A stretch of DNA of 64,000 bases from a virus. Of the stretch, positions 1 through 10,178 are shown piece after piece. The translations under genes and the position numbers were made by a program. Numbering within the stretch: position 1 is the first letter of the stretch; each line of letters begins with the position of its first letter. The stretch covers positions 107,028-171,027 of the IMG/VR virus record IMGVR_UViG_3300023174_000053. One strand, written 5' to 3'. The notes under the pieces were generated by a model, which saw only the letters and a list, made by a program, of their open reading frames with translations, made no database searches and was not told where the DNA came from.

Positions 1-1
1 A

Positions 2-748
2 TGAAAGAACTGTTTGCTTGTTTCTATCTACAAGACCAGATGTAACATATACAATCGCATCCTTTGCGATTTTTACATTATTTACATCTGATACTCTATA
101 CGTAGCATTTTGTGATGACCCAACATTTGGATCATACATATAATATTCTTCTACTTCTTGGTTGCTAAAATCAACTTGATTTTTTCCATTTACAATATTT
201 CTATATTGAGAACCAAAAGCATCTTTATTGTCTTTTTTGAGTTTTCTTATATACTTAATTTTTAAAGCATCAATATATCTTACTTCCTTGATTCCATCTG
301 ATGGTTTGCTGAAATCAATTACTTTATGGTAATAAATTCTTCCATCAACATACCAATTCCTAAAAATCTCGTGGCACTTCTTATCGAAGTCCATAACTTC
401 TTTCAGATACTTAAACTCTTCTCTGATAATCTCTTTTAGTTTATCAGAAGCAGGAAGATTTGAAAGGTCTATCTCTACTGGAGAATCATTTAAGTCTGAT
501 ACAATTGCTTCATTTATAACATCCTCAATCGCACTATCGCATTCTGGGTGTAAAGACATCTCACGATATCTTCTGATTAAATCTGCTTCACTCTTATAAA
601 CACCCTCAATGTCTACATATTGGCCATAAAAACCACTTGAAATATAAAAATCTGATTTGTCTTCATCATTTTTTGGAATGGGGGAAACAATCTTTTTGGA
701 CTGCTTCTCCCTATTATCTTCAAATTTAAAACCAAACAGTTTTGCCAT
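2..748 (-). CDS. gp20: T4-like portal vertex protein, 5' part (truncated by window edge)
   Basis: Manual translation from ATG at 748: MAKLFGFKF...YGQYVDIEGVYKSEADLIRRYREMSLHPECDSAIEDVINEAIV...FRNWYVDGRIIYHKVID; directly downstream of gp19 as in T4. Confidence 0.95.
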   Translation of the reverse strand, partial: MAKLFGFKFEDNREKQSKKIVSPIPKNDEDKSDFYISSGFYGQYVDIEGVYKSEADLIRRYREMSLHPECDSAIEDVINEAIVSDLNDSPVEIDLSNLPASDKLKEIIREEFKYLKEVMDFDKKCHEIFRNWYVDGRIYYHKVIDFSKPSDGIKEVRYIDALKIKYIRKLKKDNKDAFGSQYRNIVNGKNQVDFSNQEVEEYYMYDPNVGSSQNATYRVSDVNNVKIAKDAIVYVTSGLVDRNKQTVLS

Positions 749-795
749 AGTAACGTTATTGTCCTTATTCTACTATTTAGTTCCCCAACAAAACA

Positions 796-1446
796 TTAAA
801 ATTCTTCTTGATCACCTGAACCAAGAATAGTTTTATTATTTCCATCAAGAGCATCCCACCATTGAACTTGAAGGTCTACTGTAAATTCTTCAATAGTATC
901 TGCTTGATCATAAGAAAGATCAATCGCACTAATGGAAGTTGGGAATGTTCCATAAAATTCATAAGCTTTGAGGACTTTTATATCCTTTCCTGATGTAAGA
1001 TCACCACTAATTTCTGCTTTACCAAGTTGATAAACTTTCATATTTCTTTGGTAATTAACAGGATTCAACTCTCCCGAATTGTCTTCGTGCTTATTCATAT
1101 AATTCATCCACTTTTCAAAAGCATTTCTAATTTTGAAGTCAGTATCATTAATTACTGTAATTGTCCAAGGATCAAATGTTCTATCACCAGCAATCTTGAG
1201 ATTTCTTCCTCTAAAAGGAATATCAATTACGTTAATTGTTGAAGCAGGTAATTGTGCTGATTTAATTAAAAATCTAGTTACATCCTCAAGAACATTTCCA
1301 CCAAATCCCAAATTAAGATTGGTGGGAAAGGTAATTTCACATTCAAAGAGGTTAGGTCTTGCTCCACCTCCAGAAATTCTATTCTTGAAGTCGTTTAGAG
1401 TTCTAGATCCAGGTGATACTGGACCACCAGTAAATTGATTAGCCAT
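796..1446 (-). CDS. gp19: tail tube protein
   Basis: GGGARPNLFE, IPFRGRNLKIAGDRTFDPWTITVIND, FPTSISAIDLSYD..IEEFTV motifs; follows gp18. Confidence 0.96.
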   Translation of the reverse strand: MANQFTGGPVSPGSRTLNDFKNRISGGGARPNLFECEITFPTNLNLGFGGNVLEDVTRFLIKSAQLPASTINVIDIPFRGRNLKIAGDRTFDPWTITVINDTDFKIRNAFEKWMNYMNKHEDNSGELNPVNYQRNMKVYQLGKAEISGDLTSGKDIKVLKAYEFYGTFPTSISAIDLSYDQADTIEEFTVDLQVQWWDALDGNNKTILGSGDQEEF

Positions 1447-1464
1447 TGTTTTTTACCTCGTTAA

Positions 1465-3840
1465 TTAAACAGTACCGATAATTTCTTCAAAACTAACTCC
1501 TGTGCGAGTAGCAACAAAAGTCAATCCGATAAAGTTGATTGTTCTTGCGGGTTTGATGTAGATATCAGCTTTGAACTGATTTCCATCAATAACATCAGGT
1601 GTGTTGTTTGACTCATCGCAGACAACAACGAAATCAGTAATACCTCGTTTTGACTTCACATCACGGAGATAAGGTTCAACGATATTGATAAAGTTTGCTC
1701 TGGTGATTGTATCATTAAACTCAAAGAGTTGTGCTCTTGCTGCACTTTCAATTGATGATTCAAGTGTGAGGAATAAACGACGAACGTTAATTCTATCAAA
1801 AGCTGAGACATATGAAAGAGCAGTCCTATCACCAAATAGAATAATACCAGCACCAGGAGAGAAGATGATTGGATTAATTCTATTAGGATAAAGAATATCT
1901 CTTTGTGCTTGTGAAGGATTGTAAGCAAGTTTAACTGCGTTATTGAGTGCTCCTCTGCTCGCACCAGCAGGTGAGAACCAAGGATACTGATTGATTGATG
2001 TTCTAGCCATCAATCCAGCAACGTCAGCATTACAAGCAACATATCTGAACTGATTGTTAAATCTATCATAAATGTACTTATAACCAGTATCAAATACTGC
2101 ATAAGATGATGAATTTAATGGGCCAAAGAAATTAAAAATATTATTAGTTTGAGTATCAGAGTTTGCTATATTAACAACACCGTCTTTATGTGGTGAAATG
2201 GTAGCAACACAGTCCTTACGAACATCTGCGATTGCGATTAATTCATTTGCCTTTGCTTGTGATTCTTGAATTGTAGTACCACCAGAAGGACCACCAATCA
2301 AAAAGTCAATTTTGTATTCTGCTGGATTTGTGAAGTTTCTGTAAGCACTAATTACATCTGATAAACCAACTGAATAACCACCAACACTACTAACTCCAGA
2401 ATAATCTTTACCACCAGTTAAATTGTAGATAGATGCTCCAATACAATTGAATGTATTGCTTTGTGCTGCTAGACCCCACGTAGTATTAGATGCTGATGCG
2501 ACACCCGATACTGTTGAGAACTTTGTTTTATTTCCAGTTGGAGCAAGTCCAGGGAAAATATATTGTGAATTATTAGCAATAATATCTTTATAGTAATTTG
2601 CTTCTGCTGGAGAAATCTTCGCATCAAATGCTTTGGATAGATTTGTATATTTTTCTAAAATATTTCCAGCAGTACCAGTTACTGCTCCAGTATCATCAAC
2701 AACAACGACGTGAAGTTCATCATTTCTTCCACTTCTTTCGGAAGCATATTGAGATGTTCTTGGTCTTGGTGCGATATTTTTCCAATAAACAGTAGCATTC
2801 GTTAATCCTAATGTTTGTTCATTATACCAATCAGATGCTGTTGCCGTGCGACCACTAGATGCAATACCAAGAACCGCAAGTTCTACTGTTCCTGATGCTG
2901 CTGCTGCTGTACTTATACCAATTGAATTTGCAGTAGATCCAAGTCCAACATAAGTTGTATCTACTGGAATAAAAGAGTTACCTCCAGATACTTCAACAAT
3001 AAACTGACCCGTAGCAATACCAGTGGGAACAGTACTGACATTTATTGATGTCGAACCACTAGAAATTGTACCTGTAAATCTTGCAGTTGAGGTTTCTATT
3101 TTAACAAAAGCACCACTATTGTCTATAATTCTAATAGTTTGATCGTTAGTAAAAGCACTTACACTTCCTTCCGAATAAGAAGTTTCAGTAAATATACTTG
3201 AACCAGAACCAGTTTTTGCAGTAATTTTTACATCAATTGAACCAGCATTAACTTTGGTAATAATACCTTTAAGAGTTCCTGATTCTGTTGTTGTTGTTCC
3301 AATACCAGCAACTGATTGAGAGAAAGCAGCAGTAACAGCATATCCAACTGCATTAGTCAATCCAGCAGTTCCAATTGCAATTCTTTGGTCTGCTGCGGCA
3401 TCAATAACACAAACCTTCAAGTTATTTGCCCAAGAACCTGGGTTTCTAGCAGCCCAAGCCCAATCAGTAGCAGTGGTATAACTATTATTATAATTTTCAG
3501 TTGATTTAATTTTAACTGTAGTTCCTGCGGTAGAACCAATCCCAGTAGAATTTGCGTTGTTTAATGCTGTTCCATCACATCTTACAACTCTCAAAATACC
3601 ACCGTAAGAAAGATATGAAGAAGCACCTAACCAATATTCATATTGTGCGTCTGAAGAAATTGGTTTTCCAAATGTATTGAGTAAATCATTCTCTGTTTCA
3701 ATTAAAATAGGAACATTGACTGGACCCTTTTGGAAAGGACCAGCAATAGCTCCAACTTGATTGTTTGCTGCGGTAATTCCACCAACAGTCAAATCAACTT
3801 CTCTTATTCTGACTCCTGGTGATACTAAATTTAACGCCAT
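1465..3840 (-). CDS. gp18: contractile tail sheath protein
   Basis: SPGVRIREVDLT N-terminus; PWFSPAG..RG, SAFDRINVRRLF, FEFND, IKPARTINFI C-terminus. Confidence 0.97.
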   Translation of the reverse strand: MALNLVSPGVRIREVDLTVGGITAANNQVGAIAGPFQKGPVNVPILIETENDLLNTFGKPISSDAQYEYWLGASSYLSYGGILRVVRCDGTALNNANSTGIGSTAGTTVKIKSTENYNNSYTTATDWAWAARNPGSWANNLKVCVIDAAADQRIAIGTAGLTNAVGYAVTAAFSQSVAGIGTTTTESGTLKGIITKVNAGSIDVKITAKTGSGSSIFTETSYSEGSVSAFTNDQTIRIIDNSGAFVKIETSTARFTGTISSGSTSINVSTVPTGIATGQFIVEVSGGNSFIPVDTTYVGLGSTANSIGISTAAAASGTVELAVLGIASSGRTATASDWYNEQTLGLTNATVYWKNIAPRPRTSQYASERSGRNDELHVVVVDDTGAVTGTAGNILEKYTNLSKAFDAKISPAEANYYKDIIANNSQYIFPGLAPTGNKTKFSTVSGVASASNTTWGLAAQSNTFNCIGASIYNLTGGKDYSGVSSVGGYSVGLSDVISAYRNFTNPAEYKIDFLIGGPSGGTTIQESQAKANELIAIADVRKDCVATISPHKDGVVNIANSDTQTNNIFNFFGPLNSSSYAVFDTGYKYIYDRFNNQFRYVACNADVAGLMARTSINQYPWFSPAGASRGALNNAVKLAYNPSQAQRDILYPNRINPIIFSPGAGIILFGDRTALSYVSAFDRINVRRLFLTLESSIESAARAQLFEFNDTITRANFINIVEPYLRDVKSKRGITDFVVVCDESNNTPDVIDGNQFKADIYIKPARTINFIGLTFVATRTGVSFEEIIGTV

Positions 3841-3878
3841 CTGTTTCCCCTCGTGAAGAAGTTCATTTTGCCTAAAAG

Positions 3879-3886
3879 TATTTATA
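3879..3886 (-). promoter_or_regulatory. T4-type late promoter TATAAATA upstream of gp18
   Basis: Perfect TATAAATA about 40 nt upstream of the gp18 ATG. Related (C/A)TAAATA cores occur before gp20 (~775), the 7284 ORF (7300), gp15 (8796), the 11592 ORF (~11623), gp8 (20853) and the 30365 ORF (30390). Confidence 0.85.
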
Positions 3887-3925
3887 AATTGTTATTCTTC
3901 AAATGGGGAAACAATACGTGAACAA

Positions 3926-4159
3926 TTACCAGTCTGGGTATTGAGAATCTATAGATTTTTGTGATTGTTTTTTTCTACTATTGATAATTCTATTCACAGT
4001 ACATTCTTTACATTCATATGAATAAGCAGAGGGGAATCCTCTTCTATTTTTTCTAGTCAAATAAAAATCATTTAGTAAATCTTTTTTTATTTTACAAGTT
4101 CTACATTTTCTTTCTTTGAAGAGTAAATTATCCAATTCAAGTTCTTCTTCAAACTTCAT
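3926..4159 (-). CDS. small Cys4 zinc-finger-like protein (CRTC...ECKEC)
   Basis: ORF track 3926..4174; ATG at 4159 overlaps the gp17 stop (TAATG), suggesting translational coupling; two CxxC pairs. Confidence 0.7.
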   Translation of the reverse strand: MKFEEELELDNLLFKERKCRTCKIKKDLLNDFYLTRKNRRGFPSAYSYECKECTVNRIINSRKKQSQKSIDSQYPDW

Positions 4160-5808
4160 TATTGATATTCCCACATAAAAGATCTATCCCCATACTCATC
4201 CAAATGCCACCTATCACCGTCATTATCAACAAATGATGTATCATCACTCAATCCATCAGACATAAAACCAAATGGAGCCATATCTTGTTCGATTTGATCT
4301 TTTTGGTCTTCGTATATTCTTTTACGAACATCATTATCAGTCATCTCCTTGAAATAATCCTGAACGACTAACCAAGCAAAAATCACAAGACACATCGCAA
4401 GGTCATCATTACATCCTTCTTCTGCTTCAAATGATTGACTTTTTTGAATAAAAGTTGTTAGTTCACTAATAATATCATAATCTTTAATGACTAACTTATC
4501 ATCTTCAATAATTGTTTTTAGGTTAGAGCATCCAACTTTTTTAACTGTTTTGGACATTTTAATTCCAAGTTGAGTTTTCTTACCAGAAAAACCCTGACCA
4601 ACCATTTGACCTGCTCTTCCTCTCATTGAACACATCAAAATATTATCATATTCCAAATCATAATGAAGAATACTTGAAACTTGCTCTCCGATATCATTTA
4701 CTTCGGCAAGAACAAATGCTTTGTTGTATGCTTTTGCTATATCGTGAATGATATTTGGAAAAAGCATAGGTTTAATTTCATTGTTTCGATATTTTGCGAC
4801 TACCTTGTATGGGAATTGACTAATATCAAATACAATAAAAGCAGAGTAATCATTACTCATTCCACGAGATACGTCCACAGTCATTAGATATGTGTGTTTT
4901 TCGATTGGATCTTCATAGACATCCATTCCTTTGCTTCTATTAAGTGGATCATCATAAACCATCATTCTAAGTTTTGATGGAGTAATCAAAGTATCAACAG
5001 ACCCCAAGAATTCACACTCAAACTCTTGTGTAAACTGTCGTTCAGAAGTATTCGCAATAGTTTGTCGTTTCCACTCTGCGTCCCTTCCAGGCACCGCAGA
5101 CCAATGAACTTCTAGTGGAATATAACCATTCTTTCCTCTTTCCGCATCGTGCCAGAGTTTATAAAACATATTCATCCCATTTGGAGTTGAGATGATAATA
5201 ACTTTTGTACTCGTTCCTGAAGAAATGGTAGGATATACAGAAGAGAAAAACTGTTCTGCGATGTGATTTGGAATGAACGCAAATTCATCCAAGAAAATAA
5301 TATTGAAAGAGTTTCCTCGAACAGCAGATGATGATGTGGATGCTGCTACAATTTTGGATCCATTTTCAAGTTCCAAAGAACCTTTATTCCAAGAACCAAC
5401 ACCTTGCTGTAACCACTTTGGTAAATTTTCATAAGACAGTTGTAATCTACCTAAAAGTTCTCTTGCTGTTTCTGCTTTGTTTGCTAGAATTGCAATTCTT
5501 ATATTATCATTGAATAAAGCATAATGAAGAAGATAAGAAACAACAGTAGTAGATTTTCCTGTCTGTCTTGGAAGTTTTGCGATATTAAATCTATTTTGAT
5601 GAAAGTTTGTAATTAGTTCTTCTTGGAAATCATACATATCAAACGGAACCAATCCGTGATCCAAAGAAACAATTTTCACATAATTTTTTGCAAAATGAAT
5701 TGGGTCACTTTTGCATTTTAAGTATTCTTGAATTTGGTCTGTAGTAAATTCAATTTGGACGTTTTCCGCTTTTAAGTTTGGATTGCCCTTATAATGTTTA
5801 TCAATCAT
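4159..5808 (-). CDS. gp17: terminase large subunit
   Basis: YKGNPNLK N-terminus, Walker A PRQTGKST, Walker B IIFLDEFAF, ISTPNG, nuclease VDVSRG and GCNDDLAM. Confidence 0.98.
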   Translation of the reverse strand: MIDKHYKGNPNLKAENVQIEFTTDQIQEYLKCKSDPIHFAKNYVKIVSLDHGLVPFDMYDFQEELITNFHQNRFNIAKLPRQTGKSTTVVSYLLHYALFNDNIRIAILANKAETARELLGRLQLSYENLPKWLQQGVGSWNKGSLELENGSKIVAASTSSSAVRGNSFNIIFLDEFAFIPNHIAEQFFSSVYPTISSGTSTKVIIISTPNGMNMFYKLWHDAERGKNGYIPLEVHWSAVPGRDAEWKRQTIANTSERQFTQEFECEFLGSVDTLITPSKLRMMVYDDPLNRSKGMDVYEDPIEKHTYLMTVDVSRGMSNDYSAFIVFDISQFPYKVVAKYRNNEIKPMLFPNIIHDIAKAYNKAFVLAEVNDIGEQVSSILHYDLEYDNILMCSMRGRAGQMVGQGFSGKKTQLGIKMSKTVKKVGCSNLKTIIEDDKLVIKDYDIISELTTFIQKSQSFEAEEGCNDDLAMCLVIFAWLVVQDYFKEMTDNDVRKRIYEDQKDQIEQDMAPFGFMSDGLSDDTSFVDNDGDRWHLDEYGDRSFMWEYQ

Positions 5809-5987
5809 AAATTAATAGCCATACTTGCGACTGTTTCTTGTTGTTTGAAATAAAGTTTTACATAAGATTTTGATATATTCTTCAAAAGTTCTACATCATC
5901 GCAAGAATCAATTTCCCTAGAAATTTTTTCATATTCAAAAATCTTAGAAAGATTATCTAATTTAATATCATTTGGATCCATTTTCAT
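5805..5987 (-). CDS. small hypothetical protein
   Basis: 60-aa ORF overlapping both neighbours in the operon. Confidence 0.7.
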   Translation of the reverse strand: MKMDPNDIKLDNLSKIFEYEKISREIDSCDDVELLKNISKSYVKLYFKQQETVASMAINL

Positions 5988-7284
5988 TTCCTGTGAATAG
6001 TAAAGGTTTTGTTGGGTCTTTTACGGATGGATTGTATGATAAAACAATCGCACCAGGATATATTTTTCTTACTTCAAAAGTGACCTGATCTTTTGGAGGT
6101 CTAGCAAATTGCGGGAAAAACATTTGAGCTGAAATATATTTTCCTCTCCAATTTAACAGAATACTATAAGTAGATCCACGAGACTGTATCCGTGTATATA
6201 TTTCTTGAATATTTTTTAAATTTTTCATCTTTTTATAATTATATTTTTCTTTCATATGGGATGAAAAAATATTATGAATTATTTCCTTTGTATGATCGTG
6301 TGGTTCTACGGCAAAAGAATATGCTCTCCAAAATTCAGGTCCATGTTTACATACGTGCATATGTTCCATTTTTTTACATTTTGGGCAATACCTTTCTTCT
6401 CCTCCATAAATGGGAGTGTCCCATTCATACGCAAGAGCATCAGTACTTTCCGATTTCGTTCCCCAACTATCGGCACCGACTTTGCGACATTTGACAAGTG
6501 CTCCAGAAGCATATGCAGAAGGCCAAACTTTATATCTTGATTTTACTTTTTTATAGCAAGCGTCTTTTTCACCAGCAGATTCATTTGTGGCAACCATTTT
6601 TGCCTTACCTTTTCTATCTGGATTTGGGTCTTCTCTTCTTTTTCTTCTTGCTGCTGTGTCTTCTTCCTCATCTGACATATTTGCAGCCATTTTTGATGAA
6701 CCACATTTTGGTTTAGTAGTTTGTCCTGGTTGACGGGCACAAGGAGCACCAGCAAACTTTCCACCAATTTGAGTCCATCCTTTTACTTTTTTTCCTGTTT
6801 TTGGATTTGTTCCACTTGATTTCGCAAACCAATCATGGAGAGATTCATCTCCAGATGCAGTTTCTTCACTAACACCTTTCATTCTTTCTGGTTTAATTAA
6901 ATCAATAATTTCTAAAAATGTATTTCCGTTTGCATCTTCAATCGTAACTGTTTCCTTTACATCTTTGAACTTTTTGTGTTCTTTTTTCGCACTTGCTTCC
7001 ATTTTTTTGAGACGAGTATAATAATCTGGTATTTCATCGAGATGCTGAAGAGAAATATAAGTTGCTAATGTTTTATTTTTTGTATGTTCGTGCTCAATAG
7101 GAATTCCCATCTTAAGTTGTTTTTCAATAAAAGACACTTCTAAACGGTGCTTTGTCGCAATTGCTTCAACCGTTTTGTGTGGTTTTACTTTAGGGCACTT
7201 TGCTTTTCCGTGAGTGGGACAATCCATTCCTTTTGGACTTCCATTACAACTTGCCTCTAAAATAAATTCCTGAAAAGTTTTCAT
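5968..7284 (-). CDS. modular protein with a T4 internal-protein-like N-terminus (candidate head-packaged protein)
   Basis: Starts MKTFQEFILE; contains EHEHT..HLDEIPDYYTRL and KDACYKKVKSRYKVWPSAYASGALVKCRK modules; late-promoter core at 7300. Confidence 0.7.
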   Translation of the reverse strand: MKTFQEFILEASCNGSPKGMDCPTHGKAKCPKVKPHKTVEAIATKHRLEVSFIEKQLKMGIPIEHEHTKNKTLATYISLQHLDEIPDYYTRLKKMEASAKKEHKKFKDVKETVTIEDANGNTFLEIIDLIKPERMKGVSEETASGDESLHDWFAKSSGTNPKTGKKVKGWTQIGGKFAGAPCARQPGQTTKPKCGSSKMAANMSDEEEDTAARRKRREDPNPDRKGKAKMVATNESAGEKDACYKKVKSRYKVWPSAYASGALVKCRKVGADSWGTKSESTDALAYEWDTPIYGGEERYCPKCKKMEHMHVCKHGPEFWRAYSFAVEPHDHTKEIIHNIFSSHMKEKYNYKKMKNLKNIQEIYTRIQSRGSTYSILLNWRGKYISAQMFFPQFARPPKDQVTFEVRKIYPGAIVLSYNPSVKDPTKPLLFTGNENGSK

Positions 7285-7298
7285 TAGAAATTTTTTAA

Positions 7299-7721
7299 TT
7301 ATTTAGAGTCCATTAGACCTTTCTTCAATAATTTTTGAAGGTCTGCTGTGGAACCAATAAAAACAGAATTATTAACGGTAGAAGGACCTCTATTGTCTTC
7401 TTCTTTCAGTTTCTTCATCTTGTGTTGTAGATCAATCAACTTATCAGTCACATCACCAACATTTTTAATTAACTGACCTGCTACTTCATATGCTCTTGGA
7501 CTATCACTTTGTTGTGCTAAATCCATAATACTATCAATTGCTTCTTGTCCTTTTTCAATTAGTGAATATAGATTTCCTCTTGTATATTCATAATCCTTAT
7601 CACTCTCTTCCCCAGAAGTCGGTCTTGCTATTGCTTCTTTTGATTTTTTTACAATCTCTTTTGATACAGAAGTTGCTTCTATCTCTAATGCTTCATCTAT
7701 ATTTTCGAATTTACTTTTCAT
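7299..7721 (-). CDS. gp16: terminase small subunit
   Basis: DYEYTRGNLYSLIEKGQEA, PRAYEVAGQLIK, FIGSTADLQKLL motifs; position between gp15 and gp17. Confidence 0.93.
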   Translation of the reverse strand: MKSKFENIDEALEIEATSVSKEIVKKSKEAIARPTSGEESDKDYEYTRGNLYSLIEKGQEAIDSIMDLAQQSDSPRAYEVAGQLIKNVGDVTDKLIDLQHKMKKLKEEDNRGPSTVNNSVFIGSTADLQKLLKKGLMDSK

Positions 7722-8776
7722 AATGATACATCAATCCCCTTTGTTGTACTGTAAACTTTACCATCACCAAAATCAAAACGAGATTCACTAAATCCAAAAT
7801 CATCGTCCATTTCAACTAATTCATTATCTGCTGTTGTAATTACATCAATTGAATCACCTTCATTGTGAGATTCAATTGATGTACCGTCTTGTCCTCTTAA
7901 TACAGTTAAAATATTTCCAGAAATATTTTTGATATACATTTCCTCATTACTAATCATAATATAAGAATTATTAACCAAGGATACAGCACTTGAAACATTA
8001 AATGCAGTTACTTTATCATCAATATTTTCAGCAAGTGTTGTGGTGTTGTCGTTATTGTAATCCTTAATTGCTCTTGGAGTAGCAGTATATCTCAATTGTC
8101 TTGATGCATTCTTTGTATCTGTATTTGTATAATAATCAACTTGGACTTTTTTGATTATTCCATCTGTACTGTCTGGAATTGGACCAAACAGATATGTTTT
8201 TGCTGTAAAGTTTAAAGTATATACCAAAGCTCTTCTTTCTTTGTAATCACTTTCATAATTATCTTCCATACTAATTCCTTCCAAAATTACAGGAACATCC
8301 TTTTTTTCACCTATTGATGAAATCAAATTGATTGTTAATGAAAAACTTGGTTGAAATGCTGGAAGAATTTGTTCTACAATTTGAAGCATATCATCATTCA
8401 ACTTAGTCATAATACTAAGTTGAAAACCAATATTATAAGGAACAGGCATAAAAACTTTAACTTGTTCTGTTCTATCGGTAGTTTTTATTGCCTTGAATGT
8501 TTGCATAGCAGAAACTTTTCTGCTGCTATCATATTTCAAACTCGTCATCTCAAAAGACATTCGAGGAAGAGTCATCGCAACTCTTTTTCTCAAATCTGGT
8601 TTTTGTTCTACTCTTGCTAAAAACTTTTGAATTGGACCATAAGCAATAGGAACTTTTATAAAACTATAATCAGTACCATCCTGCTCCTCGTGCTTAATGT
8701 ACACTTCATTAAAAAGTGTACCAAAAGCAATGATGGTTTTTCTGATTATTTCATTGTAACTATAAGTTCCTAACAT
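7718..8776 (-). CDS. gp15: tail sheath stabiliser / tail terminator
   Basis: YNEIIRKTIIAFGTLFN, VPIAYGP.QKFLAR, LPRMSFE, PVPYNI, QIVEQILP motifs. Confidence 0.94.
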   Translation of the reverse strand: MLGTYSYNEIIRKTIIAFGTLFNEVYIKHEEQDGTDYSFIKVPIAYGPIQKFLARVEQKPDLRKRVAMTLPRMSFEMTSLKYDSSRKVSAMQTFKAIKTTDRTEQVKVFMPVPYNIGFQLSIMTKLNDDMLQIVEQILPAFQPSFSLTINLISSIGEKKDVPVILEGISMEDNYESDYKERRALVYTLNFTAKTYLFGPIPDSTDGIIKKVQVDYYTNTDTKNASRQLRYTATPRAIKDYNNDNTTTLAENIDDKVTAFNVSSAVSLVNNSYIMISNEEMYIKNISGNILTVLRGQDGTSIESHNEGDSIDVITTADNELVEMDDDFGFSESRFDFGDGKVYSTTKGIDVSL

Positions 8777-8798
8777 AACAATAGAGTTTATTAATTAT

Positions 8799-10178
8799 TT
8801 AGTAATTACCAAACGGGTTCTTCTGCGAAAAGTCAACAATACCATCTGCTTCATCTTCAATTTCAATATTTTCAGAATAGGGGTCATATTCATCAAATGT
8901 ATTGATTGAATATACTTTATGTGTTGCTGCTGCACCAACTATCAGTTCACCATTAGCAAAGTTTCCACCAACTATTGAAACTTTAAGTACTCTAGTATCC
9001 GCATCCCAATCTTTTACATATCCAGTAGTTCCAGTCGAAACACCTCTAACTGATTCATTAAACTCAAAATTACCAGTAGATATTCCAATAGGACTTGTAA
9101 GTGTAATTGTTGGGTTAACAGTATATCCAGCACCAGCATTAGTGTAACGAATTGCTGTTACAATTCCAGTAACTGTTAAGACTGCTTCTGCTGCTGCGTT
9201 TACTCCTCCAGCAGGAGCAGTAGATATAGAAACAATAGGAGCAGATGAATATTGACTTCCGCCAGAAGTAATATTTACAATTCCCAAAGTTCTAGAAGCA
9301 AGAACAGCAGTAGCAATTCCACCAGAACCAGATTGACCTACAATTGTAACTGATGGTATTTGTGTATAACCAGCACCAGGATTAACCACAAGAATTCTAC
9401 TAATCGAATCTCCAGTTCTTCCTGTTTTGCTAGTCATAATAGCAACTGCAGTAGCATCTGTTCCTCCTACTGGTGCTTTTGTGATTTGAATAGTTGGTGT
9501 AGACAGATATCCAGTTCCATCATTAATCAAATCAATATATTGGACTGATTTGTTTAATGTAGAAGCAATAGAAACCGTAGCAGTTGCTCTGATTGCAGTA
9601 TCTTTAACCATATTAATGGTTTGGATATAACCAAAATCTTGAACTGACCTATCAACTTCATCGATTCCAGTATCAATAAGTTCATCTTCGTATCTGAAGA
9701 TTTCACATCTCAGTTCATAAACATAAAGATTGTTTAACTGATAAAATGGAACTTTTCCTTCAACATATTTGATTTCAAAAAGACCATTATCAATTGGAAG
9801 ATAAATTAAATCTCCCTCTTGTGGTCTTGTGGCAACTTTAATATCTGGATCATCCAATATAAATGGAGATATAAAATCTTCGTATCTTTCCTTTGAAATG
9901 ATAAGAGTTAGTTCATCACTTGTTTTCACACCAAATTTTGATAAAATATCTCCTTGTCCCCCAAATCCATTAAAATTTGAAATATATGCTTCAATTCTAA
10001 AACTATCATCAAATTTTGATACTAAAACTTCTTTAATAATAGTTTTTTCATTAATTAACTGTCTGGGCATATAAACAACATCTTGCCCATACATTTTTAG
10101 TTGTTCATTAATTAAATCCTGAACAAGTCTTTGTTCACTGGAAGAACCTCCCAGAAAATAGGGATTTAGTGGTGCCAT
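8799..10178 (-). CDS. gp14: neck protein with inserted G-x-G-Y repeat region
   Basis: NPYF, EQRLVQDLINEQLKMYG, RPQEGDLIY, DFSQKNPFG. Confidence 0.92.
   Translation of the reverse strand: MAPLNPYFLGGSSSEQRLVQDLINEQLKMYGQDVVYMPRQLINEKTIIKEVLVSKFDDSFRIEAYISNFNGFGGQGDILSKFGVKTSDELTLIISKERYEDFISPFILDDPDIKVATRPQEGDLIYLPIDNGLFEIKYVEGKVPFYQLNNLYVYELRCEIFRYEDELIDTGIDEVDRSVQDFGYIQTINMVKDTAIRATATVSIASTLNKSVQYIDLINDGTGYLSTPTIQITKAPVGGTDATAVAIMTSKTGRTGDSISRILVVNPGAGYTQIPSVTIVGQSGSGGIATAVLASRTLGIVNITSGGSQYSSAPIVSISTAPAGGVNAAAEAVLTVTGIVTAIRYTNAGAGYTVNPTITLTSPIGISTGNFEFNESVRGVSTGTTGYVKDWDADTRVLKVSIVGGNFANGELIVGAAATHKVYSINTFDEYDPYSENIEIEDEADGIVDFSQKNPFGNY

Noticed and set aside
4159-5808. Intein or intron in the terminase or other core genes
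   Set aside because: gp17 is normal length and continuous; no splicing or homing motifs seen.
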